Below, piece by piece: positions 1-9,113 of a stretch of DNA of 64,000 nt. The notes beneath the pieces were generated by a model. The model was not told the DNA's origin and made no database searches. It saw only the letters and a program-made list of their open reading frames with translations. A program made the position numbers and the translations under genes. How positions within the stretch are numbered: the stretch's first letter is position 1; every line of letters begins with the position of its first letter. This DNA is from Anaeromyxobacteraceae bacterium (GTDB lineage: Bacteria > Myxococcota > Myxococcia > Myxococcales > Anaeromyxobacteraceae). The stretch is from positions 32,001 through 96,000 of the forward strand of contig JAULAX010000014.1 in NCBI GenBank assembly GCA_032654565.1, written 5' to 3'.

Positions 1-999
1 GGCGGCGTGGCCTGGTCCTACCTCGGCGCCTTCGACCTGCTCGAGCAGTTCGGCCTGACGCCCCGGCTGCTGGCCGGCACCAGCATGGGGGCGGCGCTGG
101 CCCTCTTCCGGGCCCGGGCGCTCCGCTGGGACGCCGAGGCGGCGGCGGCGGTGCTCAAGGGGCTCTCCTTCCGCACCCTCTTCCGCTTCCTGCGGACCGA
201 GTCGCGCTACGGCCTGCCGGCCACCATGCGGCTCTACCTGCGCGCGGCCATCAGCGACCACCTGCAGGGGCCGGACGGCACCCCGCCGACGCTGGGCGAC
301 CTGCCCATCCCGCTGGTGGTGGCCTGCGCCGGCCTGCGCACCGGGGCCCTGCCGCGCGAGCCGGAGTACTACGAGCACCTGCTCGACCCGCACGACGGGG
401 AGCCGCTGGAGCCGCTCTCCACCCGGGTCCCGGCCGGCCTGCTCAAGGTGATCGGCGAGCTGATGGCGCAGCGCGACCGCTTCGCCCGGCTCTACCTCGG
501 CGCCGACGAGGGGACCGCCGAGTTCGACGCCATCGACGCGGTCGGCTTCTCCTCGGCGCTCCCCGGGGTCATCCACTACGACGTGCTGCGCGAGGACCCG
601 CGCATGCACGCGCTGCTCGGCGACCTCTTCCAGCGGCGCGACCTCTTCCGCCTGGTGGACGGCGGGCTGGTCGACAACCTGCCGGCGCGGCCGCTCTGGG
701 GGCTGGCCCAGGCCGGCGCCATCGGCACCCGCAACACCTTCGTGCTCGGGCTGGAGGGGTTCGGCCCCAAGCTCTCGCAGCCGCTCTGGTACGCGCTGGA
801 GCAGCTGGCGGCGCAGAACGTGGCCAGGAGCAAGCCGTTCGTCCACCTGCTGCGGAGCTACCAGCGGGTGCTCTCGCCGCTGGAGGTGGTGCCGGGCGAG
901 GCGGCGCTCAAGAAGGCGGTGCAGGCGGGGCGGGCCGAGCTGCTCCCGGACATGCCGCTGGTGGCGAGGCTCTGCCGGCGGTTCCCGGCGCTGGCCTGA
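1..999 (+). CDS. Patatin-like phospholipase (5' end probably outside the window)
   Basis: GTSMG nucleophile elbow and DGG motif (LVDGGLVDNLP); frame is open from the window edge. Confidence 0.85.
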   Translation, partial: GGVAWSYLGAFDLLEQFGLTPRLLAGTSMGAALALFRARALRWDAEAAAAVLKGLSFRTLFRFLRTESRYGLPATMRLYLRAAISDHLQGPDGTPPTLGDLPIPLVVACAGLRTGALPREPEYYEHLLDPHDGEPLEPLSTRVPAGLLKVIGELMAQRDRFARLYLGADEGTAEFDAIDAVGFSSALPGVIHYDVLREDPRMHALLGDLFQRRDLFRLVDGGLVDNLPARPLWGLAQAGAIGTRNTFVLGLEGFGPKLSQPLWYALEQLAAQNVARSKPFVHLLRSYQRVLSPLEVVPGEAALKKAVQAGRAELLPDMPLVARLCRRFPALA

Positions 1000-1253
1000 G
1001 GCTGGCCGCCGCGTCAGACCCAAGCGGGTCGGGGGCAGGGTCGAAGCCCTCAGGATTAGACCCTTCTGGATGCGGGTTGAGCACCTGAGAGGGCCACCCT
1101 CAGTCAAACCGATTGACCTGTCAGGCCCGTTTCGGCTAGATTCCCGTCCCCTTGCGGTAAAATTAGAAAAACCGCATAAATTTCGATAGCTTGCGCTATC
1201 CGACCCCGGCAGGTGATCGGTTCGGACGGCGCCCGGCCTGAGGTGGAGACAGA

Positions 1254-2018
1254 ATGCGGACTCGCTACGTCGATTTCGACGATCGCCATGAAGACCTCGC
1301 GGAGCGGATGCGCGCAGCGCCGCGGATCGCCGAGGACTTCCTGCGAAAGTGGGAGGTCTCGTGGCTCTTCCACGAGAACGCGCTGGAGGGGGTCGTCTAC
1401 ACCAGCCAGGAGCTGGAGCTGGGGCTCGAGAACCAGCCCATCGCCGATGCCACCTTCGTGGGGGCGCTGCGCGACATCCGCAACCACAAGACCGCGCTCG
1501 AGCTCTGCCGCGCCGAGGCCCGGAACAAGAAGCTCAAGCTCAACCTGACCACGCTGAAGAAGCTCTACGACCTGCTCACCGCCGGCATCGAGGGGCGCAG
1601 CTCCGCCGAGTGGCGCAAGGACATGCCGCTGCACCGCAGCTACTTCCACGAGATCGCCCAGCCGGCCCGCATCCTGCCCGGCCTGCAGAAGGTCTTCGAG
1701 GCCACCGAGACCGCCGAGTACCGCAACGCCCACGCCATCCAGCGGGCGGCCCGGCTCCACCACGGCCTGATGCAGGTCTTCCCGTACACCGACAACACCG
1801 GGCGGATCGGGCGGCTCTTCTCCAACATGATCCTGTTCCAGGCCGGCTACCTGCCGGTGATCGTCCACGCCACCGACCGGCAGCGCTACTACGAGTCGCT
1901 GCGGCAGCCGGAGGGGGCGCTGCGCGAGCTGACCATGGACGCCATCGAGAACGGCCTCGAGCACGCCGAGAAGTTCTTCGCCGAGGCGGCCGCCGGGGAG
2001 CGCTCGCAGGTCCGGTAG
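1254..2018 (+). CDS. Fic-domain protein with degenerate active-site motif
   Basis: HENALEG helix near the N-terminus; FPYTDNTGRIGR where HPFxDGNGRxxR is expected; GGAG RBS before ATG. Confidence 0.8.
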   Translation: MRTRYVDFDDRHEDLAERMRAAPRIAEDFLRKWEVSWLFHENALEGVVYTSQELELGLENQPIADATFVGALRDIRNHKTALELCRAEARNKKLKLNLTTLKKLYDLLTAGIEGRSSAEWRKDMPLHRSYFHEIAQPARILPGLQKVFEATETAEYRNAHAIQRAARLHHGLMQVFPYTDNTGRIGRLFSNMILFQAGYLPVIVHATDRQRYYESLRQPEGALRELTMDAIENGLEHAEKFFAEAAAGERSQVR

Positions 2019-2185
2019 CCCCGCAGCGCCGTGGTCTCGGCCCCGGCAGGGAACCCTTCGCGGGAACCCTTCCGGGGTTCAGCGTTTTCCAGGCTCATGA
2101 CTTCATTGATCTATCGAATTACTCTGGGACGGGATCCGGCAGGAATGGCGGCGCCGACCCTCACTGTTGTATAGGTCCGCCCCCG

Positions 2186-3010
2186 ATGCTCCTCGGCGCA
2201 CATGAAGGGATCGCGGGTGGGGTCTCCACGGCGTTCGCACGCGCCGAGGAGGACGGGGCCGAGTGCCTCCAGATCTTCACCCGCAACGCCCGCGGCTGGG
2301 CGGCCAAGCCGCTCGAGCCCGACGAGGTCGCCCGCTTCCGCGCCGAGGCCAGGCGCACGGGCCTGCCGGCCGCCGCCCACTCCAGCTACCTCATCAACGC
2401 CGCCGCCGGCGATCCCGAGATCCGGCGCAAGAGCTGGGCCGGGCTGGCCGACGAGCTGCAGCGCGCCGAGCAGCTGGGCCTGTTCGCCCTCATCTTCCAC
2501 CCCGGCTCCAACCCGGACGAGGCCGAGGGGCTGGCCCTGGCCGCCGAGGGCATGGCCGAGGCGCTGGAGGCCGCGCCCGGCAAGGTGAAGCTGCTCACCG
2601 AGACCACCGCCGGCCAGGGGGCCAGCCTCGGCCACCGCTTCGAGCAGCTGGCCGCCATCCGCGACGCCATCCCCGCCCCGCTGCGCCGCCGCACCGGGGT
2701 CTGCGTCGACACCTGCCACCTCTTCGCCGCCGGCTACGACCTGACCACCGACGAGGGGTACCAGGGGACCATCGCCGACCTCGACCGGATCCTCGGCCTC
2801 AGCCAGGTCCACGCCTTCCACCTCAACGACTCCAAGAAGCCGCTCGGTTCGCGCGTCGACCGGCACGACCACATCGGCGAGGGCTTCCTCGGGCTCTCGC
2901 CCTTCCGCCGGCTGGTGAACGATCGCCGCTTCGCCACCACCCCCGGCTTCCTCGAGACCGACCTGCGCTACCGCGAGAACCTCTCGGTGCTGCGCTCCCT
3001 GATCGCGTGA
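2186..3010 (+). CDS. nfo: Endonuclease IV (AP endonuclease family 2)
   Basis: LLGAH, QIF, HSSYLIN, FHPG, ETTAGQG, DTCH, HLNDSK, DRHDHIG and ET motifs; real start is the ATG at 2186 inside the longer ORF. Confidence 0.93.
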   Translation: MLLGAHEGIAGGVSTAFARAEEDGAECLQIFTRNARGWAAKPLEPDEVARFRAEARRTGLPAAAHSSYLINAAAGDPEIRRKSWAGLADELQRAEQLGLFALIFHPGSNPDEAEGLALAAEGMAEALEAAPGKVKLLTETTAGQGASLGHRFEQLAAIRDAIPAPLRRRTGVCVDTCHLFAAGYDLTTDEGYQGTIADLDRILGLSQVHAFHLNDSKKPLGSRVDRHDHIGEGFLGLSPFRRLVNDRRFATTPGFLETDLRYRENLSVLRSLIA

Positions 3011-4188
3011 AGCCCCGCCCCGCCAAGACCGTGGCCGCCGGGCCCGCCGCGCCTCCGCGCGCCGTCGGCCCGGTCCGCGCCCACCGCATGTCGCTCCACC
3101 CGCGCTCCGGCGGGTCGGCCGCCGAGAAGCTCGACAAGCTGGTGGCCTTCGCCCGGGAACACCGCCGGGCGCTGGTGCTCACCCACGACAACCCCGACCC
3201 CGACTCGCTGGCCTCCGGCGTGGCCCTGGCCTGGCTGCTCGGCGAGCTGGCCGGGGTCGAGGCCACCGTGGCCTACGGCGGCATCGTGGGGCGCGCCGAG
3301 AACCGGGCCCTGATCCGCCAGCTCAAGCTGCCGGTGGTGCCGATCTCGCGGGTGGTCTTCGACGACTTCGACATGATCTGCATGGTCGACACCCAGCCGG
3401 AGCAGGGCAACCACTCCCTGCCCAGCCGCCACTTCCCCGACGTGGTCATCGACCACCACCCCATCCGCGCCGAGACCCGGCTGGCCGCCGTGGCCGACGT
3501 GGGCGGCCCCATCGGCGCCACCTCCACGGTGGTGGTCGAGTACCTGCGCGCCAGCAAGCTGGAGGTGCCGCCGGCCATCGCCACCGCGCTCTTCTACGGC
3601 ATCAAGGCCGACACCCGCGACCTGGGGCGCCACACCACGCCGCAGGACGTCGCGGCCTACCTGTGGCTCTTCCCGCGCGCCGACAAGGACGCCATGGGGC
3701 AGATCGAGCACCCGCCGCTCTCGCGCGAGTACTTCGCCCTGTCGCGCACCGCCATCGAGAAGGCCGAGGTCCACGGCCACACCGTGGTGCTGCCGCTCGG
3801 CCCGCTCTACGCCCCGGACATGGTGGCGGAGGTGGCGGAGCGGTTCCTCTACCTGGAGGGGATCCGCTGGTCGCTGGCCTTCGGCACCTACCAGGGCGAC
3901 CTCTACTACTCGGTGCGCACCGTCGACCGGCGCACCAACGCCGGCAAGCTGATCCGCGAGGTCATCGAGCCGCGCGGCGGCTCGGCGGGCGGTCACGGCA
4001 CCATGGCCGGGGCCCGGCTGCCGGCCCGGAACCTCACGCCGGCGGCGCTGAAGAGGCTCTCGGCGGCGGTGGTGCGCGACTTCCTCGCCGCCTTCGGCGA
4101 GACCGGGCGCGGGATCTCCCGGATCGCCGGAGCCACGGCGACCGTGAGGGCCAGGGCCAAGCCGGCCAGGCGACGCCCGCCGCGGTGA
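3007..4188 (+). CDS. DHH/DHHA1 family phosphoesterase (NrnA-like)
   Basis: HDNPDPD, VD, IDHH and GGSAGGH motifs; GTG overlaps the nfo stop (GTGA); alternative start ATG 3088. Confidence 0.88.
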   Translation: MKPRPAKTVAAGPAAPPRAVGPVRAHRMSLHPRSGGSAAEKLDKLVAFAREHRRALVLTHDNPDPDSLASGVALAWLLGELAGVEATVAYGGIVGRAENRALIRQLKLPVVPISRVVFDDFDMICMVDTQPEQGNHSLPSRHFPDVVIDHHPIRAETRLAAVADVGGPIGATSTVVVEYLRASKLEVPPAIATALFYGIKADTRDLGRHTTPQDVAAYLWLFPRADKDAMGQIEHPPLSREYFALSRTAIEKAEVHGHTVVLPLGPLYAPDMVAEVAERFLYLEGIRWSLAFGTYQGDLYYSVRTVDRRTNAGKLIREVIEPRGGSAGGHGTMAGARLPARNLTPAALKRLSAAVVRDFLAAFGETGRGISRIAGATATVRARAKPARRRPPR

Positions 4189-4225
4189 CCCGCCCCGGGC
4201 CGCCCAGGCCCCGGCCAGGTCGCCA

Positions 4226-5164
4226 CTACCCCGGCTGCTGCGGCAGCGAGCTCCGGGTGGCCCCGAACAGCCCGCGCACCACCGCGGCGATCGCCAGCGG
4301 CGTCCCGATGGCCGGGTCGTAGAGCGCCTCGATGGCGGTGGCGAAGGCGGCGGCGCTCTCCCAGCGGTCCTGGGGGGCGGCCACCAGGCAGCGCAGCGTC
4401 AGGGCGTCGAGCGCGAACGGCACCTCCGGCCGCACCTCCGACGGGGCCCGCAGCTGGCTGCTGAGGATGCGCGCCCCCACCTCCTCGACGCTGGCGCCCG
4501 GGAAGGCGCGCTGGTTGGTGAGCAGCTCGAAGAGGACGGCCCCGAGGGCGAAGAGGTCGGTGCGCGGCGTCAGCACCTCGCCGCGCAGCTGCTCCGGCGC
4601 CAGGTAGTGGATCTTGCCGAGCGCCCCCTGGCGCGCCCCCTTGGTGGCCCCCGGGGTCAGGGCCACGCCGAAGTCGCCCAGCTTCACCTCGCCGAGCCGG
4701 GAGATGAAGACGTTGGACGGGGAGACGTCGCAGTGGATGATGCCGAGCGGCTGCCCGGCGCGGTCGACGCCGGCGTGGGCGTGGTCCAGCGCCAGCGCCA
4801 GCTGGTGGCCGAGGTAGGCGCCGAAGTCGATGGGCAGCAGGATGCCGCGCTGGGCGCACTGGGAGAGGATCTGCCGCAGGTTCTTCCCGTCGACCAGGTC
4901 CATCACCAGGTAGGGGCGGCCGTCCTCGACCCCGGCGTCGAAGACGTCGATGACCGCCGGGTGGTGGAGCCGCTGGGTGACCAGCGCCTCCAGCCGGAAC
5001 AGCTCGACGTACTCGGGGTCGCGGGCCAGCTCCGGCTTGAGCTGCTTGACCGCCACCTCCTGGCCGAGGCGCGGGCCCTTCAGCGCCGTGGCCCGGTAGA
5101 CGTCGGCCATCCCTCCCTTGCCGATGAGGGCGGTCAGCTCGTAGCCGGCGAAGAGGACCCCCAC
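4226..5164 (-). CDS. Hanks-type Ser/Thr protein kinase
   Basis: GKGGMADVY, VAVK, HCDVSPSN, DFG, YLAPE and DLFALG subdomains. Confidence 0.93.
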   Translation of the reverse strand: MGVLFAGYELTALIGKGGMADVYRATALKGPRLGQEVAVKQLKPELARDPEYVELFRLEALVTQRLHHPAVIDVFDAGVEDGRPYLVMDLVDGKNLRQILSQCAQRGILLPIDFGAYLGHQLALALDHAHAGVDRAGQPLGIIHCDVSPSNVFISRLGEVKLGDFGVALTPGATKGARQGALGKIHYLAPEQLRGEVLTPRTDLFALGAVLFELLTNQRAFPGASVEEVGARILSSQLRAPSEVRPEVPFALDALTLRCLVAAPQDRWESAAAFATAIEALYDPAIGTPLAIAAVVRGLFGATRSSLPQQPG

Positions 5165-5171
5165 GGTCCCC

Positions 5172-6017
5172 TCACATCTTGACGCGGGCCAGCGCCCGGT
5201 AGGCGGGCAGGTCGCGCAGGCTGGCCAGGTCGGGGTCCTCGCCGATCCCCTCGGCGGTGGTGTAGCCGTTGACCGCGGCGATCTGCAGGTAGCGGAGCGC
5301 CAGGTCGGGCTGGCCGGAGAGGGCGTAGACGCAGGCCATGTTGTAGTAGGCGTCGCCGAAGTCGGGGTCGACGGCCAGCGCCTTCTTGTACCACTCCAGC
5401 GCCGCCTTGAAGTCGTCGCGCATCCGCCAGCTGACGCCCACGCCGTTGTAGGGCTCGGGGAGGCGCGGCGCCAGCGCCACCGCCTCCAGGAAGCGGGCCC
5501 GGGCCTTCTCGGCGTTCCCCTCCTCGAGCCAGGCGGCGGCGTCGCGCATCACCTCGCGGGCGCGGGCGGTGGCGTCGGGGGCGGGCGCGGCCGGCGGCGG
5601 CTTCACCCTGGGTGGCTGGGGCCCGGCCGCCGGGGCGGCGCGGGTGAAGCTGATCCCGCCGTTCTTGCCGACCGGGGCCCGGCAGCCGGCGGCCACGTGG
5701 ACGGCGCCGGAGAGCCCCTTCGGCCCCACCAGCAGCACCCCCTTGGCCCAGGCCTCGGCGGCGGCGCAGCCGGCCTGGCAGACCCGCACCTCGCCGGCCA
5801 GCGAGTCGTCGAGCAGCGTGGCCCGCAGCACCACCTCACCCTTGGTGAAGCGGCAGGGGCCGGCCGGCGCCTGCAGCGTGCCGCGGAAGGTGGTGCCGTC
5901 GCCCTCGAGGCGGACCCGCCCCAGCGGCGAATCGTACTCACCGTTGACGGCCGGGGTCGCCGCGGCCACGCCGCACAGCAGCAGCGGCACCAGGGCCAGG
6001 CCAGGAAAGCTCCTCAT
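5172..6017 (-). CDS. Exported TPR-repeat protein
   Basis: N-terminal signal-like stretch, Pro/Ala linker, C-terminal TPR helices (EPYNGVG, DAYYNMACVYAL). Confidence 0.8.
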   Translation of the reverse strand: MRSFPGLALVPLLLCGVAAATPAVNGEYDSPLGRVRLEGDGTTFRGTLQAPAGPCRFTKGEVVLRATLLDDSLAGEVRVCQAGCAAAEAWAKGVLLVGPKGLSGAVHVAAGCRAPVGKNGGISFTRAAPAAGPQPPRVKPPPAAPAPDATARAREVMRDAAAWLEEGNAEKARARFLEAVALAPRLPEPYNGVGVSWRMRDDFKAALEWYKKALAVDPDFGDAYYNMACVYALSGQPDLALRYLQIAAVNGYTTAEGIGEDPDLASLRDLPAYRALARVKM

Positions 6018-6145
6018 TCCGCGATTCTACCTCTCCCGCGACATGGACGTGCTTGACAGGCCAGGACGGGAAGCCTAGGATCCAGAACATAGAAAAACGC
6101 GCGTGAATTCGCGGGTTTATGCTCTTTCAGCTTTCGTATCGCCTT

Positions 6146-6339
6146 GCCCCCTGCCGGGTTCGTGATTGGCCTCGTGTCGTTTGGGCCGACTTGTAATGAA
6201 GAGTGGTCCCCGGCCGGTTCCATGAGCAAGCTCCCACTGCTGCAGAGGGAGACGCCTACGGCGCCGGTCCTGTACACGGGAACCCCACCTATGGAGACAT
6301 AGGTCCAAGCAACCGAAGCACACGGCCCACGCGGGGGGC
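6146..6339 (+). ncRNA. ssrS: 6S RNA
   Basis: 194-nt long hairpin: 5' GCCCCCTGCCGGGTTCGTG pairs with 3' CACGGCCCACGCGGGGGGC; central bubble; T-run follows; directly upstream of 5-FTHF cyclo-ligase as in the ssrS-ygfA arrangement. Confidence 0.85.
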
Positions 6340-6363
6340 TTTTTTTCGTCCTTCTGGCGTACC

Positions 6364-6969
6364 ATGCGCCGCGCCATGCCCCCCGACATCACCGACCGCA
6401 AGCGGGCCCTCCGCGCCGAGCTGACCGCGGCGCGGGCCCGGCTGGCGCCCGGGGTCCGCCAGGCCGGCGCCGCCGCCATCGCCGCCCGGCTGGCCGCCCT
6501 GCCCCCCTTCGGCGCCGCCACCACCGTCGGCCTCTACGCCCCCCTCGGCGCCGAGGTGGACGCCGGCCTGGTCGCCCGCGACCGGCTGGCCCGCGGTGTC
6601 CGGGTCGTCTACCCCCGGTCCCTGCCCGGGCAGCGGCGGCTGGTCTTCTGCGCCTGCTCGCCGGACCAGCTGGTGGCCGGCCCGCTCGGCGCCGCCGAGC
6701 CCCCGCCCCAGGCCGCCGAGGTGCCGCTCGCGGAGATCCAGTGCTTCGTGGTCCCCGGCCTCGGCTTCTCCACCGACGGCCTGCGGCTCGGCCGCGGCGG
6801 CGGCTACTACGACGCCACCCTGGCCGGGGCCCCCGGCGCCTTCCGCGTCGGCGTCGCCTTCGACCTCCAGCTCCGGCCCGAGCTCCCCCGCGAGCCGCAC
6901 GACGTGGCGCTCGACGCCGTCGTCACCGAGCGGCAGACCCTCCTCTTCCCCCGGCAGGTGACCACGTGA
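6364..6969 (+). CDS. ygfA: 5-formyltetrahydrofolate cyclo-ligase
   Basis: KRALR, VVPGLGF, RLGRGGGYYD and EPHDVALD motifs. Confidence 0.93.
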   Translation: MRRAMPPDITDRKRALRAELTAARARLAPGVRQAGAAAIAARLAALPPFGAATTVGLYAPLGAEVDAGLVARDRLARGVRVVYPRSLPGQRRLVFCACSPDQLVAGPLGAAEPPPQAAEVPLAEIQCFVVPGLGFSTDGLRLGRGGGYYDATLAGAPGAFRVGVAFDLQLRPELPREPHDVALDAVVTERQTLLFPRQVTT

Positions 6970-7766
6970 AGGTGCTCTTCCTCGGCGACGTCTTCGGCAA
7001 GCCCGGCCGCCAGGCGGTGCAGCGGCTGGTCCCGCGCCTCATCTCCCGCCACGGCCTCGACCTGGTGGTGGCCAACGCCGAGAACGTCGCCGCCGGCGTC
7101 GGGGTCACCCCCGAGCTGGCCGACGAGCTGCTGGCCGCCGAGGTCGACCTGCTCACCAGCGGCAACCACATCTGGTCGAAGCGGGAGATCGGCCCCTACC
7201 TGGACAAGCCGGGCAGCCGCCTGCTGCGCCCGGCCAACTACCCGCCCGGCGCCCCCGGCAAGGGACGCGGCGTCGCCACCACCCCCGACGGCCGCAAGCT
7301 CGGCGTCATCAACATCGAGGGGCGGGTCTTCATGAAGACCCTCGACGATCCCTTCCGGGTGGTGCTGGAGGAGCTGGCGGCGCTCAGGAAGGAGGGGTGC
7401 ACCTGCATCCTCGTCGACATGCACTGCGAGGCCACCAGCGAGAAGAACGCCATGGGCTGGTTCCTCGACGGCAAGGTCTCGGCGGTGCTGGGCACCCACA
7501 CCCACGTGCAGACCGCCGACCAGCGGGTGCTCCCCGGCGGGACCGCCTTCATCACCGACGTCGGCATGTGCGGGCCGTGGGAGTCGATCATCGGCGTCCG
7601 CAAGGAGCTGGTGCTGGAGCGGTTCACCACCCAGCGCCCCATGGCCTTCGAGCCGGCCAAGCGGGAGGTCCACCTGCAGGGGGCCATCGTCGACATCGAC
7701 GAGGCCACCGGCAAGGCCCGGTCGATCGAGCGGGTGCAGGAGAAGCTGGAAGAGAGCCAGGGGTAG
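6966..7766 (+). CDS. ymdB: YmdB/TIGR00282 metallophosphoesterase
   Basis: LFLGDVFGKPG, NAEN, TSGNH, DMHCEATSEK, GTHTHV and TDVGM motifs; GTG overlaps upstream stop. Confidence 0.9.
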   Translation: MKVLFLGDVFGKPGRQAVQRLVPRLISRHGLDLVVANAENVAAGVGVTPELADELLAAEVDLLTSGNHIWSKREIGPYLDKPGSRLLRPANYPPGAPGKGRGVATTPDGRKLGVINIEGRVFMKTLDDPFRVVLEELAALRKEGCTCILVDMHCEATSEKNAMGWFLDGKVSAVLGTHTHVQTADQRVLPGGTAFITDVGMCGPWESIIGVRKELVLERFTTQRPMAFEPAKREVHLQGAIVDIDEATGKARSIERVQEKLEESQG

Positions 7767-7774
7767 CGCCGGTC

Positions 7775-9073
7775 ATGCTCTTCGAGCTGTCGATCATCCT
7801 GCTGCTCATCGCCGTCAACGGGATCTTCGCCGGCGCCGAGATCTCCATCATCTCGGTCCGCCGCAGCCGCCTCCAGCAGCTGGTCGAGGAGGGGCGGGCC
7901 GGGGCCGGGGCGGTGCAGGCGCTGCGCCACGCCCCCGAGCGCTTCCTGGCCACGGTCCAGATCGGCATCACCGTGGTGGGGGCGACCGCCGCCGCCTTCA
8001 GCGGCGCCTCGCTCTCCACCCGGCTGTCGCTTGGCCTGCAGGGGTTCGGCTGGGGCGTGGAGACCGCCACCGACGTCGCCCTGGCCCTGGTGATCGCCGG
8101 GATCTCCTTCCTGTCGATCATCTTCGGCGAGCTGGTGCCCAAGTCGCTGGCGCTGCGGGCCGGGGAGCGTTACGCGCTGCTGGTGGCGCGCCCGCTCCAG
8201 GCGCTGGCCTGGCTGGGCCGGCCGCTGGTCTGGCTGCTGACCGCCAGCTCCAACCTGATCCTCAAGCCGTTCGGGGACGCCACCTCCTTCACCGAGGCGC
8301 GCCACTCCACCGAGGAGCTCCAGCAGCTGGTCGAGGAGGCGGCCCAGGCTGGTTCGCTCGACCCCCGCAGCGGCGAGATCGCGGCCCGGGCGCTCGACTT
8401 CGGCGACCTCACGGCCGCCGCGGTGATGGTGCCTCGCAACCGGCTGGTGGCGGTCCCCCTCTCTTCCAGCCAGGCCGACCTGCGGAAGGTGGTGCTGGCG
8501 GCTCGCTTCTCGCGGATGCCGGTCTACGACGGGAACCTCGACAACGTGGTCGGCTACATCACCATGCGCGACGTCCTCGCCCTGACCTGGGACCGCGAGG
8601 AGGTGGTGCTGGCCGACATCCTCCGGCCGGCCTTCTTCGTCCCCGAGACCACCGGGGCCGGGCGCGTGCTCCACGAGATGCAGCGCCGCCGGGTGCCGCT
8701 CGCCATCGTCGTCGACGAGCACGGTGGCGTGGCCGGGCTCATCACGCTGGAGGACCTGGTGGAGGAGCTGGTGGGCGACATCGCCAGCGAGGACGAGCGG
8801 GGCGAGCATGCGCTGCACGTCGAGCCGGACGGGAGCGCCCTGATCCGGGGGCCGGTGGCGATCCGTGACATCAACCGCGAGCTCGGCTTCGACCTTCCCG
8901 AGGGCGAGGGCTGGACCACCATCGCCGGGCTCTGCATCGAGCTGACCGGTGGCATCCCGGCGCCGGGATCCCGGGTGCGGTCCGGCGGCATGGTCCTGGA
9001 GATCGTCGAGGCGAGCACCCGAGCCGTCGGCCTGGTCCGCGTCAGGCCGCAGGCGCCCGCGGCGCCTGAGTAG
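7775..9073 (+). CDS. CNNM/CBS/CorC hemolysin-family (Mg2+/Co2+ efflux) membrane protein
   Basis: NGIFAGAE, FLATVQIGIT, GELVPK, FSRMPVY and VVDEHGG...TLEDLVEELVG motifs. Confidence 0.9.
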   Translation: MLFELSIILLLIAVNGIFAGAEISIISVRRSRLQQLVEEGRAGAGAVQALRHAPERFLATVQIGITVVGATAAAFSGASLSTRLSLGLQGFGWGVETATDVALALVIAGISFLSIIFGELVPKSLALRAGERYALLVARPLQALAWLGRPLVWLLTASSNLILKPFGDATSFTEARHSTEELQQLVEEAAQAGSLDPRSGEIAARALDFGDLTAAAVMVPRNRLVAVPLSSSQADLRKVVLAARFSRMPVYDGNLDNVVGYITMRDVLALTWDREEVVLADILRPAFFVPETTGAGRVLHEMQRRRVPLAIVVDEHGGVAGLITLEDLVEELVGDIASEDERGEHALHVEPDGSALIRGPVAIRDINRELGFDLPEGEGWTTIAGLCIELTGGIPAPGSRVRSGGMVLEIVEASTRAVGLVRVRPQAPAAPE

Positions 9074-9113
9074 CCTGCTCGGCCGTACGGCGCCCGCCCG
9101 GCCGCCCGGCGCC

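Noticed and set aside
1142..2134. TCCCGTCCC / GGGACGGGA inverted pair flanking the Fic gene as transposon ends
   Set aside because: Only 9 bp of GC-rich match, inconsistent spacing to the second shared word, no transposase or target duplication
1349..2185. Long N-terminal extension of nfo (also apparent extensions of the DHH, S41, FabH, CorC and ligase ORFs)
   Set aside because: The extensions overlap other genes out of frame and are Arg/Gly/Pro-rich noise; family motifs begin at the internal starts
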